From: an uncultured Ruminococcus sp.
GTDB lineage: Bacteria > Bacillota > Clostridia > Oscillospirales > Ruminococcaceae
NCBI GenBank assembly: GCA_900538575.1
Contig: UPZA01000009.1
Coordinates: 27,804 to 91,803 of the forward strand
DNA length: 64,000 bases
Reading direction: 5' to 3'
Positions 10,542-18,870 of the stretch are shown here, piece after piece. The position numbers and the translations under genes are program-made. The stretch's first letter is position 1. Each line of letters opens with the position of its first letter. Under the pieces are notes generated by a model that was given only the letters and a program-made list of their open reading frames with translations, was not told the DNA's origin and made no database searches.

Positions 10542-10629
10542 ATATACATACCAAAGAGATACTGGAAAATGACGTCAAATTATTTCTCTAATTTATACAG
10601 AATTGTTTCACTGATTTAGGAGGTTAGTT

Positions 10630-11166
10630 ATGAAAACAAATAAGAAAATCAAAAATTATTCACTAAAAACAAATGGCAAAAAGAAAAGATTAAAAGGATT
10701 TACACTTGTTGAACTTATAGTTGTTATAGCTATTATTGGTATTCTCGCGGCAGTACTTATTCCTAATATGATGAATTATGTCAAAAAATCTCGGCTTTCA
10801 ACTGCAAATGATGCTGCTGCAAAAATTGGTGAACAAGCAAATCTAATTGCTGCCGAGTTGGAAATGGATGATAAAACATTAAGTGGTACATATGCAACGG
10901 CAACGGCAAGTATTGAATTAAAAGGTGGAGAAAATGTAGGCGATTTTACATCGGCCTTAAATAAAGCTATTCCAGATTTAAGTGGAGATCTAAATATTAC
11001 ATTTGGATCAGATGGTCAAGTTGATTATGTTGTTTATCAAGAAAAAGATTCTGATTATATAGGTTCTTATCCTGATGCTGTAACAATGGATGAATATGAA
11101 GATGAAAAAACATTCGAGGAGATTGTAAGTAGATATAATAATACTTCTCCAACTGAAGCTAGTTAA
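10630..11166 (+). CDS. pilA1: Type IV major pilin (PilA-like) with unusually long basic leader
   Basis: MKTNKKIKNYSLKTNGKKKRLKG|FTLVELIVVIAIIGILAAV: Gly-Phe, Glu+5, hydrophobic helix; strong RBS GGAGG 6 nt upstream; own promoter and terminator. Confidence 0.8.
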   Translation: MKTNKKIKNYSLKTNGKKKRLKGFTLVELIVVIAIIGILAAVLIPNMMNYVKKSRLSTANDAAAKIGEQANLIAAELEMDDKTLSGTYATATASIELKGGENVGDFTSALNKAIPDLSGDLNITFGSDGQVDYVVYQEKDSDYIGSYPDAVTMDEYEDEKTFEEIVSRYNNTSPTEAS

Positions 11167-11200
11167 TTTTCAAGTTTTCCCTTCCTGAAATAAATTTTAA

Positions 11201-11236
11201 ATAAGGTTCCTGTGTATTCGGGGACCTTATTTATAT
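11201..11236 (+). terminator. Rho-independent terminator after pilA1
   Basis: ATAAGGTTCCTG-tgtatt-CGGGGACCTTAT hairpin (about 12 bp with GU pairs) followed by TTATAT. Confidence 0.6.
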
Positions 11237-11259
11237 GAGAAGCGATAAGGGGGTATTAA

Positions 11260-11781
11260 ATGAAAAAATATAATTTTAATGGGTATACACTTATTGAACT
11301 GGTTGTTGTAATAGCCATTATAGGGATACTTGCAACGGTAGCAGTTCCGAATATGGTTAGGCAGGTTGGTAAATCTAAATTTGAATCGGCTAACAAGCAG
11401 GCAGAATCAATATTTAATGCGGCGCAGACTGTAGTTCAGAGATATGAAATAATTGATAGAGCTATAAGCCCCGGAAACTCTAAGCTTTTCAGCGGAAATC
11501 ATACGTTCGGAAATCTGTCCGGTAAAACCTTTAATGATACGGCAACTCCTGACGCCAGCGATATTCCGGAATTTTATAACAAGCTTAAGACTCTTAATAC
11601 TCATTTAGACAACGGCTCCTGGGCATTGATTATCGAGGATTATAAGGTTAAATATGTATTATATTCAGATTCGGAAAACGATAAATATGTAGGAATATAT
11701 CCACTGACAGATGATTATGACAGCTATGATAAAAGTAAAAATATTAAAATAAAATGGGGCGAAATAGCTTCAGCTCCATAA
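11260..11781 (+). CDS. pilA2: Second type IV pilin (PilA-like)
   Basis: MKKYNFNG|YTLIELVVVIAIIGILATVAVPN prepilin motif with Glu+5. Confidence 0.75.
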   Translation: MKKYNFNGYTLIELVVVIAIIGILATVAVPNMVRQVGKSKFESANKQAESIFNAAQTVVQRYEIIDRAISPGNSKLFSGNHTFGNLSGKTFNDTATPDASDIPEFYNKLKTLNTHLDNGSWALIIEDYKVKYVLYSDSENDKYVGIYPLTDDYDSYDKSKNIKIKWGEIASAP

Positions 11782-11819
11782 ATATTTTACTTATCGCTGC
11801 AATTACGCATGATTTTATA

Positions 11820-11848
11820 TTGACATAAATTAGCGGTAATGATATAAT
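11820..11848 (+). promoter_or_regulatory. Predicted consensus sigmaA promoter (TTGACA-17-TATAAT, TGn extended)
   Basis: TTGACA 11820-11825, 17-nt spacer, TATAAT 11843-11848 preceded by TGA; 30 nt upstream of the ATG at 11879. Confidence 0.5.
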
Positions 11849-11878
11849 TAAAATAATATAAATTTGGAGGACTTATCA

Positions 11879-12997
11879 ATGCTGTGTAAAAATTGCGGTG
11901 AAAAGGTTTTTGCAAACGAGGTTTGCGTATGCGGTGAAAAAGCGCCTAAAAAAAATTCAGGCGGGGTAGCGGTCAATTCTGTCATTTGCTTTATTGTGCT
12001 TATTATCTCCGCTATATGTCTTATTATTACTCTGTCGCTGAGAACTATTGTTAATAGGGACATGCTGATAAAGGCAGTAAATAAAGCTGATCTTTCAAAA
12101 ATTGAAGTTGATGACGGTATGCTGCTTAATGAATATATTTATAATACATATGTAAATGATGAAAGAATAACCATTGAAAATATTGATAATATCTTATCTG
12201 ATACATTTATTAAGGAATTCCTTATAGACAAAATATATGCTTATCAAGATTTTGTTATGGATAACGGAGAGCTTCCATATATTACTTCGGACGAAATAAT
12301 AAAATTAATAGATGATAATGCAAATCTTCTTTTTGATGAAGCGGGACTACGTTTTCTTGATCCCGATAAGGAACAGCTCAGGGATGACTTATCCGAACTT
12401 AAAGATTTTGAAAACTTTTCACGAAAATATATTGATACGTCTTTCGGAACAAAGCTTGTACAAACATTTTTTTCCTATGCAAATATTATATTTTTATCTG
12501 CATTGATAATAATTATATTAATTCAATGGATAGTAGTATATAAGGCAAATTCAAGACGGGCTGCAAAGGTTTTTAATAAATACGGTGCAGCAGTAGCGAC
12601 TCCTGCGTCTATTATGTTTTTAGGTTTATTAGTTTTTTATCTGCTTATCAAATTTGTGCCGGAATATAATGCCGTTAATGTACTTTTATCTTCATCAATA
12701 ATACCTTTTATCTTATATTCGGCAGCAGTTATGTTGTACGGGGATATATTCATTATAATTTCAGCGGTTTTAAATAAAAAGTATAAAGAAGGCAGAAATG
12801 CAAAGGAAACTTCTGTAAATTTAAGTGATGAATCCATTAAAGAAATTAGTGCGGCTGAATCATTTAACAGCGGGGAAGAAGCGTCGACGATAACTTCTGG
12901 TACAGAAAAAAATACATTAGGGATATGCAGTCAATGCGGACATCAAAATAAAAGTACGTCTGTTTTTTGCAGCAGATGCGGTAATAAACTTAAATAA
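11879..12997 (+). CDS. Membrane protein with N- and C-terminal zinc-ribbon domains (hypothetical)
   Basis: N-term CKNCGEKVFANEVCVCGEK, four predicted TM helices, C-term CSQCGHQNKSTSVFCSRCGNK; ATG 11879 with GGAGG 8 nt upstream (the track start at 11864 is a TTG). Confidence 0.6.
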   Translation: MLCKNCGEKVFANEVCVCGEKAPKKNSGGVAVNSVICFIVLIISAICLIITLSLRTIVNRDMLIKAVNKADLSKIEVDDGMLLNEYIYNTYVNDERITIENIDNILSDTFIKEFLIDKIYAYQDFVMDNGELPYITSDEIIKLIDDNANLLFDEAGLRFLDPDKEQLRDDLSELKDFENFSRKYIDTSFGTKLVQTFFSYANIIFLSALIIIILIQWIVVYKANSRRAAKVFNKYGAAVATPASIMFLGLLVFYLLIKFVPEYNAVNVLLSSSIIPFILYSAAVMLYGDIFIIISAVLNKKYKEGRNAKETSVNLSDESIKEISAAESFNSGEEASTITSGTEKNTLGICSQCGHQNKSTSVFCSRCGNKLK

Positions 12998-13008
12998 AGG
13001 AAGAACTT

Positions 13009-13509
13009 ATGATATATAAAATAGATACCGTAGATTCAGATGATAAAATTTGTCAGCTTGAAAAATTAGCAAAGGAAATCTGGAATCAGCATTTTGTTCC
13101 GATAATCGGTCAGGATCAGGTCGATTATATGCTTAATAAATTTCAAAGCTTTGAATCAATAAAGACTCAGATTTCAGAAGGCATGAATTATTTTATTTTA
13201 AAATATGATAATGAAAACATTGGTTATTGCGGTTTTAAAAAGGATAAAAATAAAGTTTTTTTAAGTAAACTTTATATTAAAAAGAATTTTCGAGGTAATG
13301 GATATTCTAAAATTCTACTTAATAGGGTAATTAATTTTGCTAAAGAAAACGATTTAGGATCTATATATTTGACTGTGAATAAACATAATTCTAATACTAT
13401 TTCCATTTATAAGCATTTAAGATTTAAAATAATTGATTCTGTAGAAACCGATATTGGAAATAGTTTTATTATGGATGATTATATAATGGAACTTAAGCTC
13501 ATAGGTTAG
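13009..13509 (+). CDS. GNAT family N-acetyltransferase
   Basis: Acetyl-CoA binding motif region NFRGNGYSKILLNRVINFAKE, about 166 aa. Confidence 0.75.
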   Translation: MIYKIDTVDSDDKICQLEKLAKEIWNQHFVPIIGQDQVDYMLNKFQSFESIKTQISEGMNYFILKYDNENIGYCGFKKDKNKVFLSKLYIKKNFRGNGYSKILLNRVINFAKENDLGSIYLTVNKHNSNTISIYKHLRFKIIDSVETDIGNSFIMDDYIMELKLIG

Positions 13510-13517
13510 GTGAATTA

Positions 13518-13850
13518 ATGTTAAGATTATTTATTTGTAAAAATTGTAAATTCTATTTTCCGGCAATGGGCGATAATGAAATCAATTGTCCTAAGTGTAA
13601 AAATCTGTCTATACCTACAGAATATTTTATGGTTGATTTATTGAATAATACTGCTAAAACAACAAGAGAAATATATGAAAAATATGGTGTTGAATATGAA
13701 GAATTTAAAGATATGATGAAACGAATAGACGAAGAAGAACGCTTAAGGAGAAGTTTAAAATATAAGATTCTTAAATTATTCCGTTCAATCAGAAAGTTTT
13801 TTATCGCGGTATCAAAAAAGTTTAAAAAATTATTTGCACATAAAAAATAA
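13518..13850 (+). CDS. Small zinc-ribbon protein with basic C-terminus (hypothetical)
   Basis: CKNCKFYF...CPKCKN zinc ribbon at the N-terminus; Lys/Arg-rich tail. Confidence 0.5.
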   Translation: MLRLFICKNCKFYFPAMGDNEINCPKCKNLSIPTEYFMVDLLNNTAKTTREIYEKYGVEYEEFKDMMKRIDEEERLRRSLKYKILKLFRSIRKFFIAVSKKFKKLFAHKK

Positions 13851-13880
13851 AGGACGCTTTAGCGCCCTTTATTTTTTATT
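13849..13880. terminator. Bidirectional terminator between the converging zinc-ribbon gene and valS
   Basis: AAAGGACGC-ttta-GCGCCCTTT hairpin followed by ATTTTTTATT; the valS stop lies in the T-run; the reverse complement also gives a hairpin plus U-run. Confidence 0.6.
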
Positions 13881-16494
13881 TAAATGCTTTCATAGATTGT
13901 TTTAGCTTTTCCATCTTTTCTTCTGCTCTTAAAAGTTTTTCTCTTTCAGCCTCTATTAATTTTTCCGGAGCTTTGGAAATAAAGCCTTGGTTATTAAGCT
14001 TTCCGCTTAAAAAGTCTATGTCCTTTTGTACCTTTGCAATCTCCTTGTTTAAACGTGCCGTCTCCTTTTCCTTATCAATTAGATCCGTAAGCGGAATAAA
14101 AAGTCTTGCACTGTCTGTAACTGCTGTTACAGATTCAGCGATGTCATATTTTTCTGATACTTCAATTTCAGTAGCTGAAGCAAGTCTTTCAAAAAATATG
14201 CTGCATTTATTAAATAATTCGATGTCTTTCGTTTCAATATATATTTTTGCTTTAACTGAAGGCGGTACATTCATTTCTGTTCTTCTGTTTCTAACCGCTT
14301 TAATTGCATCTATTATTTTTGAGAAATCATCTTCTTCCTGTTTATAAGAATATTTTTCATTATAAACGGGATAGTCAGAAATCATAATCGGACTACTCTG
14401 ATCAGTTAGTACCTGCCATATTTCTTCTGTGATATAAGGCATAAATGGATGCAGAAGCTTGAGCATTCCCTTCATAACCCAAACTAAAACAGATTGAGCC
14501 GTAGCTTTTGTTTCTCCTCCTTCTTGTATTCTTGGTTTTGTCAGTTCAATATACCAATCGCAATATATATCCCATATAAAGTCATAAAGCTTTGAAACTG
14601 CAACTCCGAGCTCAAATTTTTCAAGATTATAATTAACCTCTTTTGCAAGTGTATTAAATTTACTTACAATCCATTTATCTTCTATATTTAAATATTCCGG
14701 GAGATCGCCGCGCTTAAAATCGTCGTCAAGATTCATTATAATAAATCTTGAAGCATTCCATAGCTTATTAGCAAAGTTTCTTGCCGACTTTACTTTTTCT
14801 TCAATATATCTCATATCATTTCCGGGGGAGTTACCTGTAGCGAGCATGAATCTTAATGCGTCGGCGCCGTATTTATCTATTACTTCAAGAGGATCAATAC
14901 CATTGCCAAGAGATTTTGACATTTTTCTTCCCTGTGAATCACGTACAAGTCCGTGAATGAGCACGGTTTTAAACGGAACCTGTCCGGTATACTCAATACC
15001 TGAAAACATCATTCTCATTACCCAGAATGGAATTATGTCATAACCCGTCACAAGAGTATTGGTAGGATAAAAATAATTGAAATCGTCAGATTTATCAGGC
15101 CATCCTAATGTGGAAAACGGCCATAGTGCGGACGAAAACCATGTGTCAAGAGTATCGGGATCCTGTCTCATTTCTAATCCACATTTAGGACAAATTGCTT
15201 TATTTTCTTTTGTAACTGTCATTTTACCACACTTGTCACAATAAAAAGCAGGTATCTGATGTCCCCACCAGATTTGTCTTGATATACACCAATCTCTAAT
15301 ATTTTCAAGCCAGTGAAAATAAATTTTATCAAATCTCTCAGGTACGAATTTTGTTTCGCCCTTTTTGACAGCATCAATAGCTGGCTTGGCAAGCGGCTTC
15401 ATTTTTACAAACCATTGAGTAGATACTTTTGGTTCAACTGTTGTACCGCATCTATAGCATGTTCCAACATTGTGACTGTAATCTTCTATTTTAACGAGAG
15501 CGCCTTCGGCTTCCAGATCTGAAACAATTGCTTTTCTTGCCTCATATCTGTCCATGCCGGCATATTTGGGGTAATCATCGGTAATTTTAGCGTCATCTGT
15601 CATAACATTTATAACCGGAAGATTATGACGAAGACCTACTTCAAAATCATTGGGATCGTGTGCCGGCGTAATTTTAACTACTCCCGTACCGAAATCCATT
15701 TCTACATAGCTGTCTGCAACAATAGGTATTTCTCTATGAACAATTGGAAGTATAACAGTTTTCCCAATAAGATTTTTATAACGTTCGTCATCAGGATTTA
15801 CAGCAACCGCCGTATCCCCCAGAAGAGTTTCAGGACGTGTAGTAGCTAATTCTAGATAATCGTTGCTGTCCTTAATTTTATATCTGAGATGCCAGAAATA
15901 TCCTGATTGATCTTCATATTCAACTTCAGCGTCAGACAGCGAGGTTTTACAGTTTGGACACCAGTTAATAATTCTTTCTCCCCTGTAAATAAGGTCTTTA
16001 TTATAGTAATTTACAAAAGCTTCTTTAACAGCTTTTGAACAGCCTTCATCCATTGTAAAACGTTCCCTTGACCAATCGCATGAGGAGCCAAGTTTTTTTA
16101 GTTGTTCTACTATACGTCCGCCGTATTTTTCTTTCCATTCCCATGCGCGCTTCATAAAGCCTTCTCGTCCAAGGTCTTCTTTGGTTATACCTTCTTTTTT
16201 CATGGATTCAACGATTTTAGCTTCAGTTGCAATTGCAGCATGATCGGTTCCCGGAAGCCATAATGCAGCGTAACCGGACATTCTCTTCCATCTTATGAGT
16301 ATATCCTGAAGAGTTTCGTCGAGCGCATGTCCCATATGAAGCTGACCTGTAATATTCGGGGGAGGTATAACAATGGTATAAGGCTTTTTGTTTTTATCAA
16401 TTTCAGCCTTAAAGCAGTTGTTTTCATTCCAGTACTTATAAATTCTGTCCTCAAAATCTTTGGGACTATAAGATTTTGCAAGTTCCTTTCTCAT
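13876..16494 (-). CDS. valS: Valine--tRNA ligase
   Basis: HMGH (PNITGQLHMGHALD) and KMSKS motifs, editing domain, C-terminal coiled coil; start trimmed to MRKELAKS with GGAG 9 nt upstream (the track's 905-aa ORF carries a spurious 33-aa extension). Confidence 0.9.
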   Translation of the reverse strand: MRKELAKSYSPKDFEDRIYKYWNENNCFKAEIDKNKKPYTIVIPPPNITGQLHMGHALDETLQDILIRWKRMSGYAALWLPGTDHAAIATEAKIVESMKKEGITKEDLGREGFMKRAWEWKEKYGGRIVEQLKKLGSSCDWSRERFTMDEGCSKAVKEAFVNYYNKDLIYRGERIINWCPNCKTSLSDAEVEYEDQSGYFWHLRYKIKDSNDYLELATTRPETLLGDTAVAVNPDDERYKNLIGKTVILPIVHREIPIVADSYVEMDFGTGVVKITPAHDPNDFEVGLRHNLPVINVMTDDAKITDDYPKYAGMDRYEARKAIVSDLEAEGALVKIEDYSHNVGTCYRCGTTVEPKVSTQWFVKMKPLAKPAIDAVKKGETKFVPERFDKIYFHWLENIRDWCISRQIWWGHQIPAFYCDKCGKMTVTKENKAICPKCGLEMRQDPDTLDTWFSSALWPFSTLGWPDKSDDFNYFYPTNTLVTGYDIIPFWVMRMMFSGIEYTGQVPFKTVLIHGLVRDSQGRKMSKSLGNGIDPLEVIDKYGADALRFMLATGNSPGNDMRYIEEKVKSARNFANKLWNASRFIIMNLDDDFKRGDLPEYLNIEDKWIVSKFNTLAKEVNYNLEKFELGVAVSKLYDFIWDIYCDWYIELTKPRIQEGGETKATAQSVLVWVMKGMLKLLHPFMPYITEEIWQVLTDQSSPIMISDYPVYNEKYSYKQEEDDFSKIIDAIKAVRNRRTEMNVPPSVKAKIYIETKDIELFNKCSIFFERLASATEIEVSEKYDIAESVTAVTDSARLFIPLTDLIDKEKETARLNKEIAKVQKDIDFLSGKLNNQGFISKAPEKLIEAEREKLLRAEEKMEKLKQSMKAFK

Positions 16495-16526
16495 TTTAAA
16501 CATCTCCAATTCATAATACAAAATAA

Positions 16527-16568
16527 ACAGCCTATGCAGAGTACTTGTATTTACTGCTTCAAGGCTGT
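16527..16568 (-). terminator. Hairpin plus U-tract in the valS 5' leader (possible attenuator)
   Basis: Minus-strand RNA ACAGCCU-[28-nt loop with inner GCAG/CUGC stem]-AGGCUGU followed by UUAUUUUGUAUUAU, about 40 nt upstream of the valS start. Confidence 0.35.
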
Positions 16569-16699
16569 CATAATACATATTAAAAATAATCATGAATAGC
16601 AGTAAAACATCTAAAAATAGACGTTTCTGACTACATATTCGCTTGTATAAAAGTGAATTTTCATAATTATCTCCGATTCATTGGTAAACTTTCTTTTTA

Positions 16700-16728
16700 A
16701 TTATACTTTATTGGATTAATTTTGTCAA
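16700..16728 (-). promoter_or_regulatory. Predicted sigmaA promoter for valS (TTGACA-17-TATAAT on the minus strand)
   Basis: Minus-strand TTGACA (plus 16723-16728), 17-nt spacer, TATAAT (plus 16700-16705); about 200-nt leader. Confidence 0.45.
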
Positions 16729-16809
16729 GAATATTGAATTATAAATATCGTTATAATATGAGAAAACAGTAACTGAAAATTGATTAACTAAAATTACAGT
16801 ACCTTAAAC

Positions 16810-16838
16810 TTGCAAAAATGTATAATTTGTGGTATTAT
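16810..16838 (+). promoter_or_regulatory. Predicted promoter for the parE-like gene (TTGCAA-17-TGgTATTAT)
   Basis: TTGCAA 16810-16815, TATTAT 16833-16838 with upstream TG. Confidence 0.4.
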
Positions 16839-16872
16839 TAAATAGTTTGAGATTTAAGAAGGGGCATAAATT

Positions 16873-18855
16873 ATGGCAAAAAAAAATCAGGATTATGGTA
16901 ATGAGAGTATTACCATGCTGAAAGGTCCGGATAAAGTCAGAAAACGTCCGGGAGTTATTTTTGGTTCTGACGGGCTTGACGGATGCGAACATTCAATATT
17001 TGAAGTAATATCCAATTCCATTGATGAGGCTCGCTCAGGATTTGGCAATAAAATAATTGTAACTAAATATATTGATAATGTGATAGAAGTAGAGGATTTT
17101 GGCAGAGGATGTCCTGTTGATTTCAATAAAACGGAACAGCGTTATAATTGGGAGCTTGTATACTGCGAGCTTTATGCCGGAGGCAAGTACGATGACAATT
17201 CTGAAATGTATGAATATTCTCTCGGACTTAACGGTCTTGGACTTTGTTCAACTCAGTTTGCTTCTGAATTTATGGACGTCGAAGTAGTCAGAGACGGATA
17301 CAAATATAACCTTCATTTTGAAAAGGGAGAAAATATAGGGGGATTGACTAAAAAAAAGACCGCTCAAAAGCAAACAGGTACAAAAACCAAATGGAAACCG
17401 GATTTAGAAGTATTTACAGATATTAACGCCGAAGATGATTTTTTTAGAGACGTTTTAAAACGTCAGGCCGTTATAAATCCTAATCTTCTTTTTATTTATC
17501 GTAGTCAAAATGAGGACGGTTCATTTAGTGAAACTGAATATATTTATGAGAATGGTATAACCGATTATGTAAATGAAATTGCAAACGGGCAGAATTTTAC
17601 ATCGGTTCAGTTTTGGCAGACAGAAAAAAAAGGCCGCGACAGAGACGATAAATCGGAATATAAGGTTAAGATGTCCTTTGCGCTTACATTTTCTAATCAA
17701 ATTAAAAAAATAGAATATTATCATAATTCAAGCTTTCTCGAGCACGGCGGCTCTCCGGAAAGGGCAGTAAAGCAGGCTTTCGTTTCACAAATAGATTCGT
17801 ACTTGAAACAAAATGATAAATATAAACAGAATGAGGGAAAAATAACCTTTGCTGATGTTGAAGATTGTCTGATACTTGTTTCATCGTCTTTTTCGACTCA
17901 GACTTCATATGAAAATCAAACTAAAAAATCTATTACTAATAAATTTATATATGAGTCGATGACAGAATTCCTAAAGCATCAGCTTGAAGTTTATTTTATA
18001 GAAAATCCTGATGAAGCTCTGAAAATATCTGAGCAAATTATGGTAAACAAACGCAGCCGTGAAAATGCTGAAAAAACGCGTTTGAATTTAAAGAAAAAGC
18101 TTGCGGGAACAATAGATTTATCTAATATGGTAAAAAAGTTTGTTGATTGCCGCACGAAGGACGTAAACAGACGAGAGCTTTATATAGTAGAAGGAGATTC
18201 GGCTCTCGGATCCGTAAAACTTGCAAGGGAATCTGAATTTCAGGCGGTTATACCCATAAGAGGGAAAATACTTAATTGTCTTAAAGCAGATTTTAATAAA
18301 ATTTTTAAGAATGATATTATTGTTGATATAATAAAGGTATTGGGATGCGGCGTTGAAGTAAGAACCAAAGCAAACAAGGATTTTTCTTATTTTAATCTTG
18401 ACGGACTGAAATGGAATAAAATAGTAATATGTACAGACGCTGATGTAGACGGTTTTCAGATACGTACCTTGATACTGACAATGCTTTACAGATTAACGCC
18501 TACATTGATTGAACAGGGCTATGTATATATCGCTGAATCGCCTTTGTTTGAGATTACTACTAAAGATAAAACTTTTTTCGCTTATAATGAAAAGGAAAAA
18601 AGCGATATATTAAAAATTATCGGAAATAAAAAATATACCCTCCAGCGTTCTAAAGGACTCGGCGAAAATGAGCCTGACATGATGTCGTTGACTACTATGA
18701 ATCCAGAAACGCGTCGTCTGATAAAAGTCACTCCGGATAGTTTTGAAGAAACAGTTCATATGTTTGATATGCTTTTAGGAGATGATTTACAGGGACGAAA
18801 AGATTATATTTCAAAATATGGAAGCGACTATTTGGATATGGCGGATATTTCATAA
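16873..18855 (+). CDS. parE: Type IIA topoisomerase B subunit (ParE/GyrB family, topo IV-like)
   Basis: GHKL ATPase N-terminus, TOPRIM with EGDSA motif; 660 aa; paired with a short A subunit and not in a dnaA-gyrB context, hence a topoisomerase IV assignment. Confidence 0.75.
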   Translation: MAKKNQDYGNESITMLKGPDKVRKRPGVIFGSDGLDGCEHSIFEVISNSIDEARSGFGNKIIVTKYIDNVIEVEDFGRGCPVDFNKTEQRYNWELVYCELYAGGKYDDNSEMYEYSLGLNGLGLCSTQFASEFMDVEVVRDGYKYNLHFEKGENIGGLTKKKTAQKQTGTKTKWKPDLEVFTDINAEDDFFRDVLKRQAVINPNLLFIYRSQNEDGSFSETEYIYENGITDYVNEIANGQNFTSVQFWQTEKKGRDRDDKSEYKVKMSFALTFSNQIKKIEYYHNSSFLEHGGSPERAVKQAFVSQIDSYLKQNDKYKQNEGKITFADVEDCLILVSSSFSTQTSYENQTKKSITNKFIYESMTEFLKHQLEVYFIENPDEALKISEQIMVNKRSRENAEKTRLNLKKKLAGTIDLSNMVKKFVDCRTKDVNRRELYIVEGDSALGSVKLARESEFQAVIPIRGKILNCLKADFNKIFKNDIIVDIIKVLGCGVEVRTKANKDFSYFNLDGLKWNKIVICTDADVDGFQIRTLILTMLYRLTPTLIEQGYVYIAESPLFEITTKDKTFFAYNEKEKSDILKIIGNKKYTLQRSKGLGENEPDMMSLTTMNPETRRLIKVTPDSFEETVHMFDMLLGDDLQGRKDYISKYGSDYLDMADIS

Positions 18856-18870
18856 ATACGGTTTAAAGGA

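Noticed and set aside
10411-10629. c-di-GMP riboswitch upstream of pilA1 (as in C. difficile)
   Set aside because: The leader after the predicted promoter is only about 80 nt, AT-rich, and lacks the GC-rich conserved cores of GEMM-I or GEMM-II. Only a weak 5-bp AGAGA/UCUCU pairing is present.
16495-16593. The track's N-terminal extensions: 905-aa valS, 611-aa lepA starting at an upstream TTG, the 5743 start of the second pseudopilin, the MNSGYN start of trxB, the MEEK start of proC and the MVCTFF start of the Na/Pi transporter
   Set aside because: In each case a downstream start has a canonical RBS and yields the family-typical N-terminus, and the extensions overlap promoters or upstream genes. 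The starts were trimmed in the feature table.
16495-16872. T-box riboswitch upstream of valS
   Set aside because: A promoter, a long leader and a terminator-like hairpin are present, but there is no AAUUAGGGUGGnACCGCG-like T-box sequence and no GGUGG/ACC antiterminator bulge that I can see. I report it as an unresolved attenuator instead.
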